Positions 23,518 through 35,749 of a stretch of DNA of 64,000 nt are shown in pieces. Position 1 is the stretch's first letter. Each line of letters starts with the position of its first letter. This stretch comes from Felis catus (taxonomy: Eukaryota). The notes under the pieces were generated by a model that was not told the origin of the DNA, searched no databases, and saw nothing but the letters and a program-made list of their open reading frames with translations. The position numbers were made by a program, and so were the translations under genes. Where the stretch lies: positions 117,430,001 through 117,494,000 of the forward strand of contig NC_058368.1 of assembly GCF_018350175.1 (NCBI RefSeq), in the 5' to 3' direction.

Positions 23518-25275
23518 ATTTTTTTTAAAATTTAAGTATAATTAACATACAACATTATGTTAGTTTCAGGTGTACAATATATTGATTCAATAATTCTATG
23601 TTATTCAGTGCTCATCACAATAAATGTGGTCACCATCTGTCACTATACAACGTTATTCCAATATTATCAACTGTGTTCCCTATGCTATACTTTTCATCTT
23701 TGTAACTTATTTATTTTATAATTTGAAGTTTGTACTTCCTAATCCCCTTCACCTATTTTACCTGTCTCCCCACCCACCTCCCCTCCTGCAACCACCAGTC
23801 TATTGTCTGTATATAAGAATGTGGGTTTTTTGTTTGTTTATTTTGTTTTGTTTTTTAGATTACACATATAAGTGAAATCATCTGGTATTTGTCTTTCTCT
23901 ATCTTATTTCACTTAGCATTATACTCTAAAGGTACATCTATGTTGTTACAAATGGCAAGATCTCATTCTTTTTTGTGGCTGACTAATATTCCATTGTATA
24001 TTTATAAAAATATTTATACACATTTTTATTCACATATCGGTGGACACTTGGGCTACTTCCATATCTTGGCTATTGTAAATAATGCTGCAATAAACATAGG
24101 AATGCATGTATCTTTTTGATTTAGTGTTTCTATTTTCTTTGGGTTAATGCTCAGTAATAGAATTACTGGATTGTATGATATTTCTATCTATAATTTTTTG
24201 AGGAACCTCCATACTGTTTTCCATAGTGGCTGCACCAGTTTGCATTTCCACCAACAGTGCACAAGGGTTCTTTTTTTCTGCATCCTTGCTAACACTTATT
24301 ATATCTTGTCTTTTTGATTCTAGCCATTCTGATTCTAGTGAGATGGTAGCTCACTGTGGTTTTGATTTGGGTTTCCTTGATGATGAGTGATGTTGAGCAT
24401 CTTTTCATGTGTCTGTTGGCCATCTGGATGTCTTTGAAAAAAATGTCTATTAAGGTCCTCTGTTCATTTTTAGATCAGATTGTTTTGTTTTTTTTTGTTT
24501 TTTGTTTTTTGTTTTTGGTGTTGAGTTGTATAAGTTCCTTATGTATTTTGGATACTAACCCTTTCTCAGATATGCCATTTGCAAGTATCTTCTCCCATTC
24601 CATAGGCTCTTTTCATTTGATTGATGATTTTTTTTCATTTTTAATTTCCTTTCCTTTTTATTTTGGTGTGGCCTCAATAGTTTATTTTTGCTTTTATTTC
24701 CTTTGCCTGAGCAGACATGTCTAGAAAAATGTTACTAATGCCAATGTCAGAGAGATTACTGTCTGTGTTTTCTTCTAGGAGTTTTATGGTTTCAGGTGTC
24801 ACTTTTAGGTCTTTCATCCATTTTCAGTTTATTTTTGTGTATGGTCTAAGGAAGTGGTCCAGTTTTGTTCTTCTGCATGTAGCTGTCCAATTTTCTCAGC
24901 ACCATTGTTGAAGAGACTGTCTTTTTCCCATCATGTATTCTTGCCTCCTTTATTGTAGATTAATTGGCCATAAAATCATGGGTTTATTTCTGGGCTCTCT
25001 ATTCTGTTCTACTGATCTATTTATCTGTTTTTGTGCCCATACCATACTGTTTTGATTACTACAGCTTTGTAGTATATCTTGAAAGCTGGGATTGTGCTAC
25101 CTCCAGTTTTGTTCTTCTTTCTCAAGATTGCTTTGGCTATTTGGGGTCTTTTGTGGCTCCATACAAATTTCAGTATTATTTGTTCTAGTTCTGTGAAACA
25201 TGTTGTTGGCATTTTGATAAAGACTGCATTGAATCTGTGGATTGTATGGACATTTTCACAATATTAATTCTTCCA
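23518..25275 (-). mobile_element. 5'-truncated L1 LINE (carnivore / L1MA-lineage): 3' UTR plus decayed ORF2 C-terminal part
   Basis: Minus-strand peptide [50 protein letters not shown] (25021-25212) matches L1 ORF2; classic L1 motifs; T tract at left end; frames broken by stops. Confidence 0.95.
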
Positions 25276-25399
25276 TACAACTGGAAATTTTGTGGAACAT
25301 TAGCTGCATAAAATGGAGGGCTAGTATACCTTCCCTAGGCTACCCACGGTAGCTCTTTGAGTCTCAAACCTAACTTTGATATTTATTATTCTTTTTTAA

Positions 25400-25612
25400 A
25401 AATTTTTAATGTTTTAATTTATTTTTGAGACAGAGAGAGACACGCCATGAGCAGGGGAGGGGCAGAGAGAGAGGGAGACACAGAATCTGAGGCAGGCTCC
25501 AGGCTCTGAGCTGTCAGCACAGAGCCCGACCTGGGGCTCGAACCCACAGACTGTGAGATCATGACCTGAGCTGAAGTCGGATGCTTAACTGACTGAGCCA
25601 CCCAGGCACCCC
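25400..25612 (-). mobile_element. Can-SINE (SINEC_Fc2-like)
   Basis: Full head-to-tail match; 17-bp TSD ttattattc(t/a)tttttaa at 25383-25399 and 25613-25629. Confidence 0.95.
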
Positions 25613-25744
25613 TTATTATTCATTTTTAACATGACTTCATCAGAGGTTCAGATAGGAATGTTAGATAGGTGCATGAGTGTAGGAATAAGTGGATGGGTGG
25701 AAGAAGTAAGGTATGCATGAATGAAGGAATATAAGAATGGATAA

Positions 25745-25965
25745 AAATAGCAAACATGTATCTGGTACTCTCTATGCATCAGGCATTGTTCTGAGTGCTT
25801 TGTATTTATTAAATCATTAAATCCTCGTACAACCGCAGGAGGCAGGTATTATCAGATGCACTTTACAAATGAAAAAAGTAAGACATGCAAGGTTAAGTAA
25901 TGTACCCAAGGCCACACAGCCAGGAAGTAGGGAAGCCAGGGTTTGGACTGAAGCAGTCTGGCTCC
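25745..25965 (-). mobile_element. MIR SINE
   Basis: 'caggcattgttctgagtgcttt...aatcctcgtacaacc...ggttaagtaatgtacccaaggccacacagc'. Confidence 0.85.
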
Positions 25966-26689
25966 AGAGGATGTTACAAACTGGGTCCCAGGAGCAAATG
26001 CCGGGAGTTAAGCAGTTCCTCCTTTATCCAGATATCTCCTTTTTTATTCCATGGTTGTTTCTTGGTTAAGCTTCCTCCTCCTGTGTCCATGTAGCAGACC
26101 TAGGACCTAGGACACTCTGTGTCCAGAGTGAGTCTGCGTTGCTGCCCTGGCTGGCTGCAACAGGAAGTGCCTGCAAGCTTTACCCAGCACCTGCAATGTG
26201 CTCGGGGACTTAGGATGGACCGCTGTTCCCAGCGCACTAGGTGAGGAGGCAGGGCTTCTGGCCTTCTCTGTGGAGAGCACCTCAGCTCTGGGAGCGCAGG
26301 TCTGATCACTGAGCAGGAAGCTGGAAGTTTGCCTTTCAGGTTGATTGTATTAGCATTTCGGAAGAGTCCCCCTTCCTGTGAAGTGCATTAAGGATTCACT
26401 CCGGCTGGTCTCTGGCCCGGGCAGGCTCATCGTGAAGTGCCTCAGATTTCCTAGGAATCCTCTGAGACATTTTGACATTCTGATTGTCACTGCCAACGTG
26501 GGCTGCGAAGGAATTAATTGACATGGATGAAACCCTCAATTTCCAAGGGCTGTGTAATAAAATAAAGGTTATTGTATTATTACAGATTCCACCACTAATG
26601 AAAAAGGGCTAAAGACCGTAATCACAATATGGTATGATTCTGGGGACTTACCTTGATTTCCACAGGCAACCATCCTAAACTTTAGGGAA

Positions 26690-26870
26690 TAATAATTATA
26701 ATAGTTATTATTTATAGAGAACTTATGATATGTGAGGCACTTTACTAAATGATCTCTATATATTATGTGTTCCCACACAACCCTCTGAAAGTGGTGTTAT
26801 TTTCATCTCCATTTTACAAGTGAAGAAACTGAGGCATGGAGAAATGAAGTGAACATAGCTAATCGGTTGT
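26690..26870 (-). mobile_element. MIR SINE
   Basis: 'ctccattttacaagtgaagaaactgaggcatggaga'. Confidence 0.8.
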
Positions 26871-27067
26871 AGAGTAGCAATAGACAAACTTGTGGGTAAA
26901 ACATATTCTAGTTTCTTGGGGGTGAGGGAGAATTAAGACGCTTGGGCAAGAAGCATTAAGATATTGGCCGAGTATAGAGTATTCTGGTGGTAGAGTATTA
27001 GGAATGTGTGTGCATGCTTTCCAGACTCTGGGAGAACCCCACTGTCTTTTCCCTTAGACCACAGAAA

Positions 27068-27240
27068 TCCATCCATCCATCTACCTGTCCATCCATACAA
27101 GAGAGATCCAGCCAGCCATTTATCCAGCCATCACCCATCTACCCATCCAGCCATTTATCTGCCCATCAATCCACTCATCCATTTATTCATCATCCATCCA
27201 TCCACTCATTTAGTCATATATTCATGCATTCACTTATTTA
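27068..27240. repeat. Degenerate (CCAT/TCAT)n simple repeat
   Basis: Repeated tcca/ccat/tcat units. Confidence 0.8.
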
Positions 27241-27943
27241 TTCAAATCACAGTGTCCCTGATTGCCCTTCCCAAGCACCTGTCATGGAGGTGGGTGCTCT
27301 CCTCTTCTGCCAGGGGTGCCTGCTATGACTAATGCAACAGGCAGGGGAGAAGGGGCATGACAAGGAGCCAGGAGATGTGGTGCCAGCTCCATAGGTTGTT
27401 AAGTCTCTTCAACTTTCTCACCCCCAGTCTCCCTATATGTAAAATGGGGATAACATCTACAGGCTATTGTGAATTTAAAGCAAGCAGATATGTGACACGC
27501 TTTGGAAATATAAAAGTGCTGTATGAATTCTTGTCACCATCATTGTTGTCGTCACCAGTGCAGCATGTATTCTAACCTACAATGTCCTTAAGTTTGAGAA
27601 GTCCGCGTTGTTAAAATGATCCATTTCTGATTTTGTATTGCAAAAATTCTATACAATTTACAAACGTGAAATTACTTACATTATGCACTTACCCAGTTTT
27701 ATTATAATCAGACCTGTCCCATGTCCTCTTGGAGCTACCAGAATTATTGGGGAAAAAGAATTGGAAAAGGACTTGGTAATAAGGAGCACTTGATCATGAA
27801 ATGTAGGCTTGTAATTCCTGGCTTCACGGATAGACCTCTTGCTTATAAGGAGAGAAAAAGCCGTACTACAAGGAAGTATGTACCTGAAAATACGAAGTTT
27901 CAAGATCAGTAGGAACTGCAGTAAATACAGACTCTATAGACAT

Positions 27944-28263
27944 TGTGTATCAGTCAGCTTACATTAAGTTATGCTACAGTAACAAACAACTCCCAAATCT
28001 CAGAGGCCTATGAGAAATGTTTATTTCCCCCTTATGTTACATGTCTATCATAGGTCAGCTGCAGCTCTGCTTCATGTTTTCTTCAATCTGGAGCCCAGGC
28101 CAACAAAGGAGCCCACTGGGTCGTAAACCTTCCCTTCACATCTTTTTGGTCAAAGTAAATCCTATGCCAACCCTGACATCAGTGGGAAGTGTATTCCCCC
28201 TTTAGAAAGGGCACCCAAAAGAGGGAGGATGAATATTTTGAAGAATAATACAATTTTCCATAC
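27944..28263 (-). mobile_element. MaLR LTR (old MLT1, I/J/L-type)
   Basis: 'tgtatcagtcag...gttatgctacagtaacaaacaactcccaaatctcagaggc...tttatttc' is the reverse of the MLT1 3' end. Confidence 0.75.
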
Positions 28264-28598
28264 ATTGTAATTGAGCTAGAAAGTAATTTCAACCTCACAG
28301 TAGCTTCACAGGAAAGACCCTTGCAGGAGGATGTGGTTGGTCAGGCAGCTTAACCTCTCTCTGTGTGTCCACCTCTTGCCTTGTCACCAGCTACTGACTC
28401 TCTGTACTTTCTCTATGTCTTCTGGCTTCTGCTTTTCTCTGTCTTGAAGGTTCTATTTCCTCATGACTTTGGCTTTCCCTTCATTGTACCTTTGTCCTCT
28501 TTCTTCCTTATGAATTTTTACCTTCTGATCTTGCCATGAATTAGCCAGAACTCTTTAGATTTGGGTGCTGGAAACTGAAATCCAACTAGTTTAAACAA

Positions 28599-28637
<39 letters not shown>

Positions 28638-28648
28638 TAATAATAATA
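28599..28648. repeat. (AAT)n microsatellite
   Basis: About 13 perfect units plus an interrupted extension. Confidence 0.95.
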
Positions 28649-28807
28649 GAAAAATAAAGGAATTTATTGGCTGATATAACTGACAAATCAAAAATAGAAT
28701 AGAACTGGCTTTAAGCATGGCTGGATCTGCAGGCCTCAATGACATCCCTGCCATTTCTCATCTGTCTTTTCTCAGTGTTAACTCCATCTTTGAACACTCT
28801 CCAGACA

Positions 28808-29425
28808 CGGTGACAAAGCCCCCTGGTTGTCCTGGAATAACCATTCTCCTTTTTTTCTAATGTGGGAGAAGTTTTTAGCTGGCCATACAGCCTCCCTTGC
28901 AATTAGCTGTGGTTTGGGATGAAATTCTGGCCAATGGGATTTTTTTTAAGCTTATTTATTTATTTTGAGAGAGAGGGATAGAGAGCAACTGGGGACAGGG
29001 GGCAGAGAGAGGGAGAGAGAGAATCCCAAACAGGCTTCAGACTGTCACCGCAGAACCCAATGTGGGGTTTGAACTCACAAACTTCAAGATTATGACCTGA
29101 GCGAACCCAAGAGTTGGACTGAGCCGCCCAGGCACCCCTGGCTAACTGGATATAAGCAAAAGTGATGTGTGCAACTTTTGGGTTGTTCCCTTAAAAGGAA
29201 AGCCCGTGTTCTCCCTTCCATTTTCTTGCCTTCTGGCTGGAATGTGGTCATGGTGTAATAAGAGTAACGCCCAGAGGGGCAGAGCAACAAGACAGAAGGA
29301 GCCTGGGTTCCTATGGATTTTTGTGGAGCAGAGCTACTGCATCCACTTGGGCTTTTATATGAGAAAGAGATAATCTTTTGTCTTGTTGAAGCCACTGCTC
29401 TATGAGTCTCTTTGTTACAGTGCTT
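28808..29425 (+). mobile_element. MLT1J-like LTR
   Basis: 'cagcctcccttgca...ttctggccaatggga|...aagtgatgtgtgcaact...agacagaaggagcctggg...aagccactg...tctctttgttacag'. Confidence 0.75.
28941..29138 (-). mobile_element. Can-SINE
   Basis: 'ttatttatttattttgagagag...atgacctgagc...ctgagccgcccaggcacccc'; degenerate TSD tggccaatgggat / tggctaactggat. Confidence 0.92.
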
Positions 29426-31019
29426 GTCTATATAGATTTCCTGAAGAGAAAATCTGATTGACCCAAGTCACCTTTTTCCTCCCACCAGGCCCCAGCAGAG
29501 GTTCCTGGCCCATGGATCATCTACCACATTCCTGGTAATGGTCCAGTCAACTGTGGCTATGGAGAGGGGTCCCCTACTGCTGTCCCTTTGGTTGCCTTGA
29601 TGGACATAAGGATAGTGTGATTCACATGTCTTCAGAGCCCTCTGTCTGCTTGCTGTAGTGGGTGAGTTTCATGAGGAGACCTGGGGAGAACTCATGAAGC
29701 AGACTGGGTTCTCCAGGCCTGGGGAATGGGCCAGGGAAAACGTAGGAACTGGCTATGGTCTCTGTGTCTATTCTCTCTATCCACCCCCAACAGTGCCTCT
29801 GCAAAATGACACAAGGATCCTAGGTGGGTCATCTTCACTGTGCCAAAGGCAAGACAAGCCCTTTAAATTTATTATGTATGCTCGATGGGTATGGACCAGA
29901 GTGTTTGTTAATTCCAAATGCCAATAGATGTTGATAAATAATGCTATTAAAATATATTATTGTTCTGACACTTTGGTATAGAACCTTTCTTACACGTTCC
30001 CCATGTAACATTTGCTTTAAAAGGCCCCAGCCAAAAGCCAAACAGCAGTAAAACTGCACCTAGTCTCCCAGAACAACTTCATTTATGAAACACTCAAAGA
30101 TTCAGCATTTGGGAAAAGCCTCTGAGATATTCCACTGTTTTGTAAACTTTGCAAAATCTGTAGTTCCTGTGGTGGAGGCCTAACTGCATGTTGAATTTGA
30201 AATTTTGAAGCTTCAATTGCTTAAAAATATTGTAACTGCTTCTCAAACAGGAAAATTGCATTTAGATTTTCCTCTGTGTTTAACCTCAGACTGGCAAGAG
30301 ATAGTCTTCAAATTTCCCCAGTAAATGCAAATCACTTTAGGATTGAGATTGCATGTGGATAGTTCATACCTGGAGAAAAAGAAAACCTTCAGGAACAAAT
30401 ACAGTCATACATTCTGTGCTGGGCCTATAATGTGGAGAAGTAGTTGACCATTTTGTCCTATAATCCATAGCATGAAGGATTTAGGACAGAGACAAGGAAG
30501 ACATTCTTGCATATGAGGTTCAGTTACATCTGAACTGTTACGAAGGGAAATTGCAGTGTCCTGCTCTCAATTTTCTTAGATCCAGCCTCCTGCAAAATTG
30601 TATGATCCCTTTGGCACCTTTCTTGTCAAAATTCTTTTCCTCCCCACAAAGGCTCTGGTGCCTCAAACCATCTCTTCTCATCAGTCATTCAAACTAAAGT
30701 GTGACTGTTTGCATCTTAAAGGCGACCAGTGGGAAGTGGGCAGTGCTTTACTCAAAAGAATGAATCAACATTGGTGAAATTTTAGGCAGTGACAGTCTAT
30801 TAGATGGAGTATTGAATGGGAGTCTTTCTTGTCCGCTCATAAAGTGGGTTTTACCTGTGACAAATACAAATACATCCGCTTTCCTTTCTCCTGCCCTCTC
30901 TCCCTCCTTTCCTTCCATCTGTTCAACAAATTTCTCTGGGGTGCCTGCCCTGTTAATTCTCTATGCTCAATGTTGAAGTCCTGAAATGGGAACTTTCTAC
31001 AACAAAGGGAACTGAGTCC

Positions 31020-31262
31020 AAGAAATAATAACCATAATCGTGTGACTGCAATTACCATTTATTGAGTGAGTGCTTACTACATGCTGGGGACCGTGCTAAG
31101 AGCTTTTTCTGGATAGCATTTAATTTTCACGACAACCCAGTGAGTTAGGTAGTATTATTCCCTTTTCACAGACAAGAAAACAGAGGTACCATGTTTTGGT
31201 CTAAGTCACACATATTAAGTGTGGTGTTGGAATATCAATGCAGGCAGTCTGACCTCCGAGCT
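31020..31262 (-). mobile_element. MIR SINE
   Basis: 'atttattgagt...gcttactacatgctggg...gacaacccagtgagttaggtagtattattccc...gcagtctgac'. Confidence 0.8.
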
Positions 31263-33129
31263 TTTTTTGTTCCAGGTGAGAACAGATTAGAAAGAGCACA
31301 TACGGTGGGCTTCAAGGAGTCAAAGTTGCTAGCGTGCTCTGCACTATCTGAGGAGTTGTGTTGAGGGACAGAAAGAAGGGCCATGTTCTTGCTGAGTGTA
31401 TGTGAGCACCAGCAGGAGAGTCCCAGTGGGGCACTCCCCTCTCTTTGTTTGCCATCATCCAAAGGATCCCCTCCCCCCATGAGCAGACACACCAGAAGCT
31501 GGCTGTGCCCCAGGCATGACTCTGGTCAGGAAGAGAGGATCTTTTGTGAGCTGCTGGCCTGGTCTCTGTTAATGCCAATTAGCGTTCCTCCCTGCTTGGA
31601 GCTGCAGGGCCAGCAGGCTTCTGTGATCCTGGTGGCTAAAGGTTTTGGCCTAGAAATACTCAGGATGTGGGACAGAAGTCAGAGTCTGAGGGAGGGACTG
31701 TATCATTGAATGGAGAGGAAATGGGTTTTCACAGAGGCTTATGGGGCCCAGCAGCCATGAGGGCAGGGTGGTCTGGACCAGATTAAGAAGAAGAGAAAGT
31801 GACATCTAGGACAGCCTTCACCCCATCCCCACCAATCTCACCGTCCAGGCTATGACTTGGGAAACTGGTTCTCTAGAGAGGAGGAGGTCAACAGTGCGCT
31901 CTGCATTCCTAGGCTTATGGGGGACTCTGGGGGTCTCCAGGAGCTTGGCTATCTAGGGTTATACACACCCTGCACCACGTTAAAGCAAGCCCAGAACGTT
32001 GGCCTCAGATTCTACCTACCATCCTCTTGTTTGCTTTGTGAGGGCTGCATCCAGTGTCACTGCAGAGCAGGTGGCCACAGATGATGCCCGGAAGCCAGTG
32101 AGTGTTCATCCCTTCACTGCCCTCTGGCTCTAGCTCCACCTGGTTGCCCAGATGCTCTCCAGTGACTGACCCAGGTCTACCTAGGGAATAGTTTTCTAGA
32201 ACCCTATCCTGCAGATTCAAGAAAATCATTTCACCTTTCAAACACAGAGCTTGCCTTACTCTTTCCTCTGCCCTAGTGGGGGTCTTTCTGAGCACCACAT
32301 GAAGGGACAGGGACAGTGTCTACAGTTAAAAAGGTGCTCAGGCCAGATTTCCCATCTTTGAAATGCTAGCTCCTCTCCTCTTCCTGGCAGTCTCCACTTT
32401 TTTCTTAGCGGCTTCTCCATACTCCCATGACAACTACCACTTCTGGTTCCCTGTCCCTAAGAAATGGACAATTTCAAAGTGAGAGAGGAGGTCTGTCATG
32501 TAATAGAAGGCTTCTATTTGCTTCTCAAGCTCCAGGCTCAGCCCTTCTCTGTCCCTGCAGTTTGAAAGAACTATCATTTCTTCCAGTACCAAAAGAAAGA
32601 GCTCACTATCTCTCCACCCTCCCTGGTGAGGGCAGGCACAGTGGCCCCTCTTCCTTGCTGAGTGGCTCCTCATTACTGCATGGTCTGTCCCTTAGGAGAC
32701 TTTTGGTGTCAGGGCTCAGGGCCTGGGAGGGAGCTTTGCGAGGCTTTCTCTCTACCCCTTGGCCACCCGCCCCCACCCTGTCACTGGTGGCTGACAGGGG
32801 CTGCTTTGCCAACAAAGGTATCACTGAAGCTTTCTGCCAGCTTGTCACTTACCTCTCCCAGGGAAGAAATGGGTGGAGGGACCAGTCATTCAGCTTGACC
32901 CTGTTCTTCCAGCAGGTGCTGCTGCCTACCACAGCTTCTGAGGGAAGAGAGGAGCCCTGCCAGGGACGGTGCCCATGTTCTCAGGGCTTGAGGTACACAG
33001 TTAGCATATCTCTGCCTACCCTCAGCCCCTTGAAGCCCAGGTCACAGGACTCTGGAGAAATTACTCCCTGCACCTGGCAGGAAGAGACTGAACTACCTGG
33101 TGCCATTAGAAACTGGAGATCCTTAGCCT

Positions 33130-33950
33130 GACATTGGAAGCTTTGGTATCTGGATCTCCCCACAATACTCCAGCTACTAGCATGGGATCCTCCCCTTAAA
33201 TTGGTCCCATGAATGGGCCCCTGTGCCTTTACACATGCTATTTCCTCTCTTCTCTCTTCATTATGTCTAAAGCCTACCCACACAGGAGAGCCAAGCTCAA
33301 CCTTCACCTCCACCAAGGAGACTCCCTTGATTCCTCTAGCCCATGGAGCTTCTTCCTCTGAGCCTTCATAGCTCACAAAATAGAATGAAATACTATACCA
33401 TCTCTCATCATATATTAGTCTTGTTTTTCCAATTAGTCTGTCAGTCTCTTGAGGACAGGAGACCATTGGTGACCCTTTTTTGCCTCTCCCAGTGCACTTA
33501 GAGAAGGGTTGGATTTTTTTGGAACCCAGCCATTAATGGTTGACTAATTAGAACTTGCTGGACTGTGTTCAAGGCCTGGATTTGTATGGGTATATAGTTT
33601 TCATGTATCTGTGTAGATGCTTGATTTATATATCTGTACACGTATGTACAGTATGCCCTTAAGCATGTGAATATGATTAACATATTTATACTGTGTGTAT
33701 AAATGGTTTAATTCATTCAACAAGCATTTATTGAGACCTTGTCACAACTGGGCACTGTCCCAGGTGCTAGACTTACAATGGTAAGTAAAAGGAATAGACT
33801 GCCCAGCCCCTCAAAGCTGGGAAGAGAGACCATTAAAGAAGCAATAGCAATAATATGAGCTAAGTGTTGTGATGGGGGAGCACATGACAGGAGTGCTTAC
33901 GTTACCCAGTCTAGGGAGAAGGTCAAGGAAGGACTCATAGAAAAATGAAA
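33130..33950. mobile_element. L2 fragments (+ strand ~33130-33550; - strand ~33705-33950)
   Basis: 'tcttgaggacaggagacca' and 'attcattcaacaagcatttattgag...ggtcaaggaagg'. Confidence 0.6.
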
Positions 33951-33963
33951 ACTTGGAGGGGGG

Positions 33964-34065
33964 GGGGCACCAGGCTAGCTCAGTGGAACATACGACTCTT
34001 AATCTCAGGGTTGTGGGTTACAGACCCACGTTAGGTGCAGAGATTACTTAAAAGTAAAATCTTTA
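33964..34065 (+). mobile_element. Short older Can-SINE (SINEC_c-like)
   Basis: 'ggggcaccaggctagctcagtggaacatacgactcttaatctcagggttgtgggtt...gagattacttaaaa'. Confidence 0.8.
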
Positions 34066-34289
34066 GGGGCGCCTGGGTGGCGCAGTCGGTTAAGCATCCG
34101 ACTTCAGCCAGGTCACGATCTCGCGGTCCGGGAGTTCAAGCCCCGCGTCGGGCTCTGGGCTGATGGCTCGGAGCCTGGAGCCTGTTTCTGATTCTGTGTC
34201 TCCCTCTCTCTCTGCCCCTCCCCCGTTCATGCTCTGTCTCTCTCTGTCCCACAAATAAATAAAGGTTGAAAAAAAAATTTTTTTTTAAA
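34066..34289 (+). mobile_element. Young felid SINEC_Fc
   Basis: 'ggggcgcctgggtggcgcagtcggttaagc...cagccaggtcacgatctcgcggtcc...ccccgcgtcgggctctgggctgatggc'; CpGs retained; perfect 16-bp TSD aaaagtaaaatcttta at 34050-34065 and 34290-34305. Confidence 0.97.
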
Positions 34290-34336
34290 AAAAGTAAAAT
34301 CTTTAAAAAGGAAAAGGAAATATTTGGCTAAGAGTC

Positions 34337-34796
34337 TGTTGATGATTGAATTGTGTTTCCCCCCCCCCCCAAAAAGATATATTCAAGTCCTAATCCCCAG
34401 TTCCTATGAACGTGGCCTTATTTGGGAACAGAGTCTTTGTTGACATCATCAAGTTAAGATGAGGTCATACTGGCTGGGCCCTAATTTCAAAGACTAGTGT
34501 TGTTATAAGAAGAGAGAAATTTGGACACATACATGGGAAGAGGGCCATGTGATTACAGAGGCAGAGATTGGGATGATATGTCTACAAGCCAAGGGATGTC
34601 AAGAGTTGCAACCACCAGAAGTGAAGAGAGTCATGGAACAGATTTTCTCTCTGAGCCCCCAAAAGGAATCAATCCTTCTGACACCCTGATTTTGGACTTC
34701 TGGACTCCAGAACTGTTGAGAAACTAAATTTTCATTGTTATAAGGCACCCAGTTTGTGGCACTTTGTTATGGCAGGCCTAGGAAAGCCCTAATACA
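34337..34796 (+). mobile_element. MLT1C-like solo LTR
   Basis: TG...CA ends; 'aagttaagatgaggtcatactgg...gaggcagagattgg...ttggacttctggactccagaactgt...taataca'; 5-bp TSD gagtc / gaggc. Confidence 0.88.
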
Positions 34797-35579
34797 GAGG
34801 CTTACTGGGCTAACTAGAGATCTGCCAGATGAGGAAAAGGACGGAAGAGTGACTCTGTCACAGTGAACAGACTACAGAGAGAACATAGCAGAGAGAAATA
34901 GAAAGTTGAATAGAGCTGAAATAGTCTCTAGGAGGTGGAAATGGAAGTTACATGTTAGAACATGAACGTGTGTTTGCATGACATGACTGCGTGTATGTGA
35001 ACAGTTTGTGTATTCATGTATATGCTTTTTGGAGTTTTGCATGTTTCATCTTGTTTTTATGATTTGTGTGTTTCTGCATGCTCTTGCAGGGTTTGTGTGT
35101 GTCTTGAACTGTGTATGTGTGCTTTACATGCCAGTGCACGTATGTGGTCTCCAGGTGTGCATTCTACCCAAAGCAGTGGGTTTGTGCCCAATCTCAGGAA
35201 GTTTTGAAGCCAGGCAGAGCCCAGTTTCCTTGTCTACATGCTTGTTGCTCACTGTAGATGGCAAAACCCCGGTCAGACTGTGTAATGACTCAGGTAAATA
35301 AACACTGGGAGCTCAGAGCTCACCTGTCCTGGTTTAAGAAGATCCTGGGTTGCCTTGGTGGGCCGGAGGCATGTGTGGACAGAAGTGCAGAGTCCTCAAG
35401 TTTGAAAGCTGGAAGTGTCCTTGGAGATGATTCAGATTCCTCTTGCCCCTAAGCCCAGCCCCCCTGACACTGCTCCCAGGGAGTCCCCAAAACTCAGCCA
35501 ATAAAAGGGTATCCAGCAATTTAGCCAAATCCCCACCTCCCTGGAAAATATCTTCTTAGGGGAACCCCAAGCCCTGGAC

Positions 35580-35681
35580 AAGGATTGTTACTGAAGGGAG
35601 GAATCAGAGGATGGGCCACCCTTATACCAGGCCTTCCTGATAAGATATGCAATATATATGTGTGTATAATATGTGTGTGTG

Positions 35682-35749
<68 letters not shown>

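Larger units (their letters stand above)
28538..29570 (-). mobile_element. MLT1K-like LTR, interrupted by another MLT1 and a SINE
   Basis: 'ttagccagaactcttt...aactagtttaaacaaaa...ggaatttattggct...gcatggctggatc'; appears to resume at ~29440 with 'tctgattgaccc...actgtggc'. Confidence 0.6.

Noticed and set aside
25021..25212. L1 ORF2-like peptide as a functional CDS
   Set aside because: Fragment of a 5'-truncated L1 with multiple stops and frameshifts
23505..25292. Target-site duplication for the 1.75-kb L1 (catatggttcgagatttt / catacaactggaaatttt)
   Set aside because: Too degenerate to call
32427..33131. Longest ORF in the track (234 aa)
   Set aside because: No recognisable domain; S/L/G/P-rich composition typical of chance ORFs in GC-rich DNA; no supporting exon structure
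34066..34150. tRNA-like A/B-box sequences at SINE heads as tRNA genes
   Set aside because: They continue into the Can-SINE body, CT tract and A tail, and are flanked by TSDs
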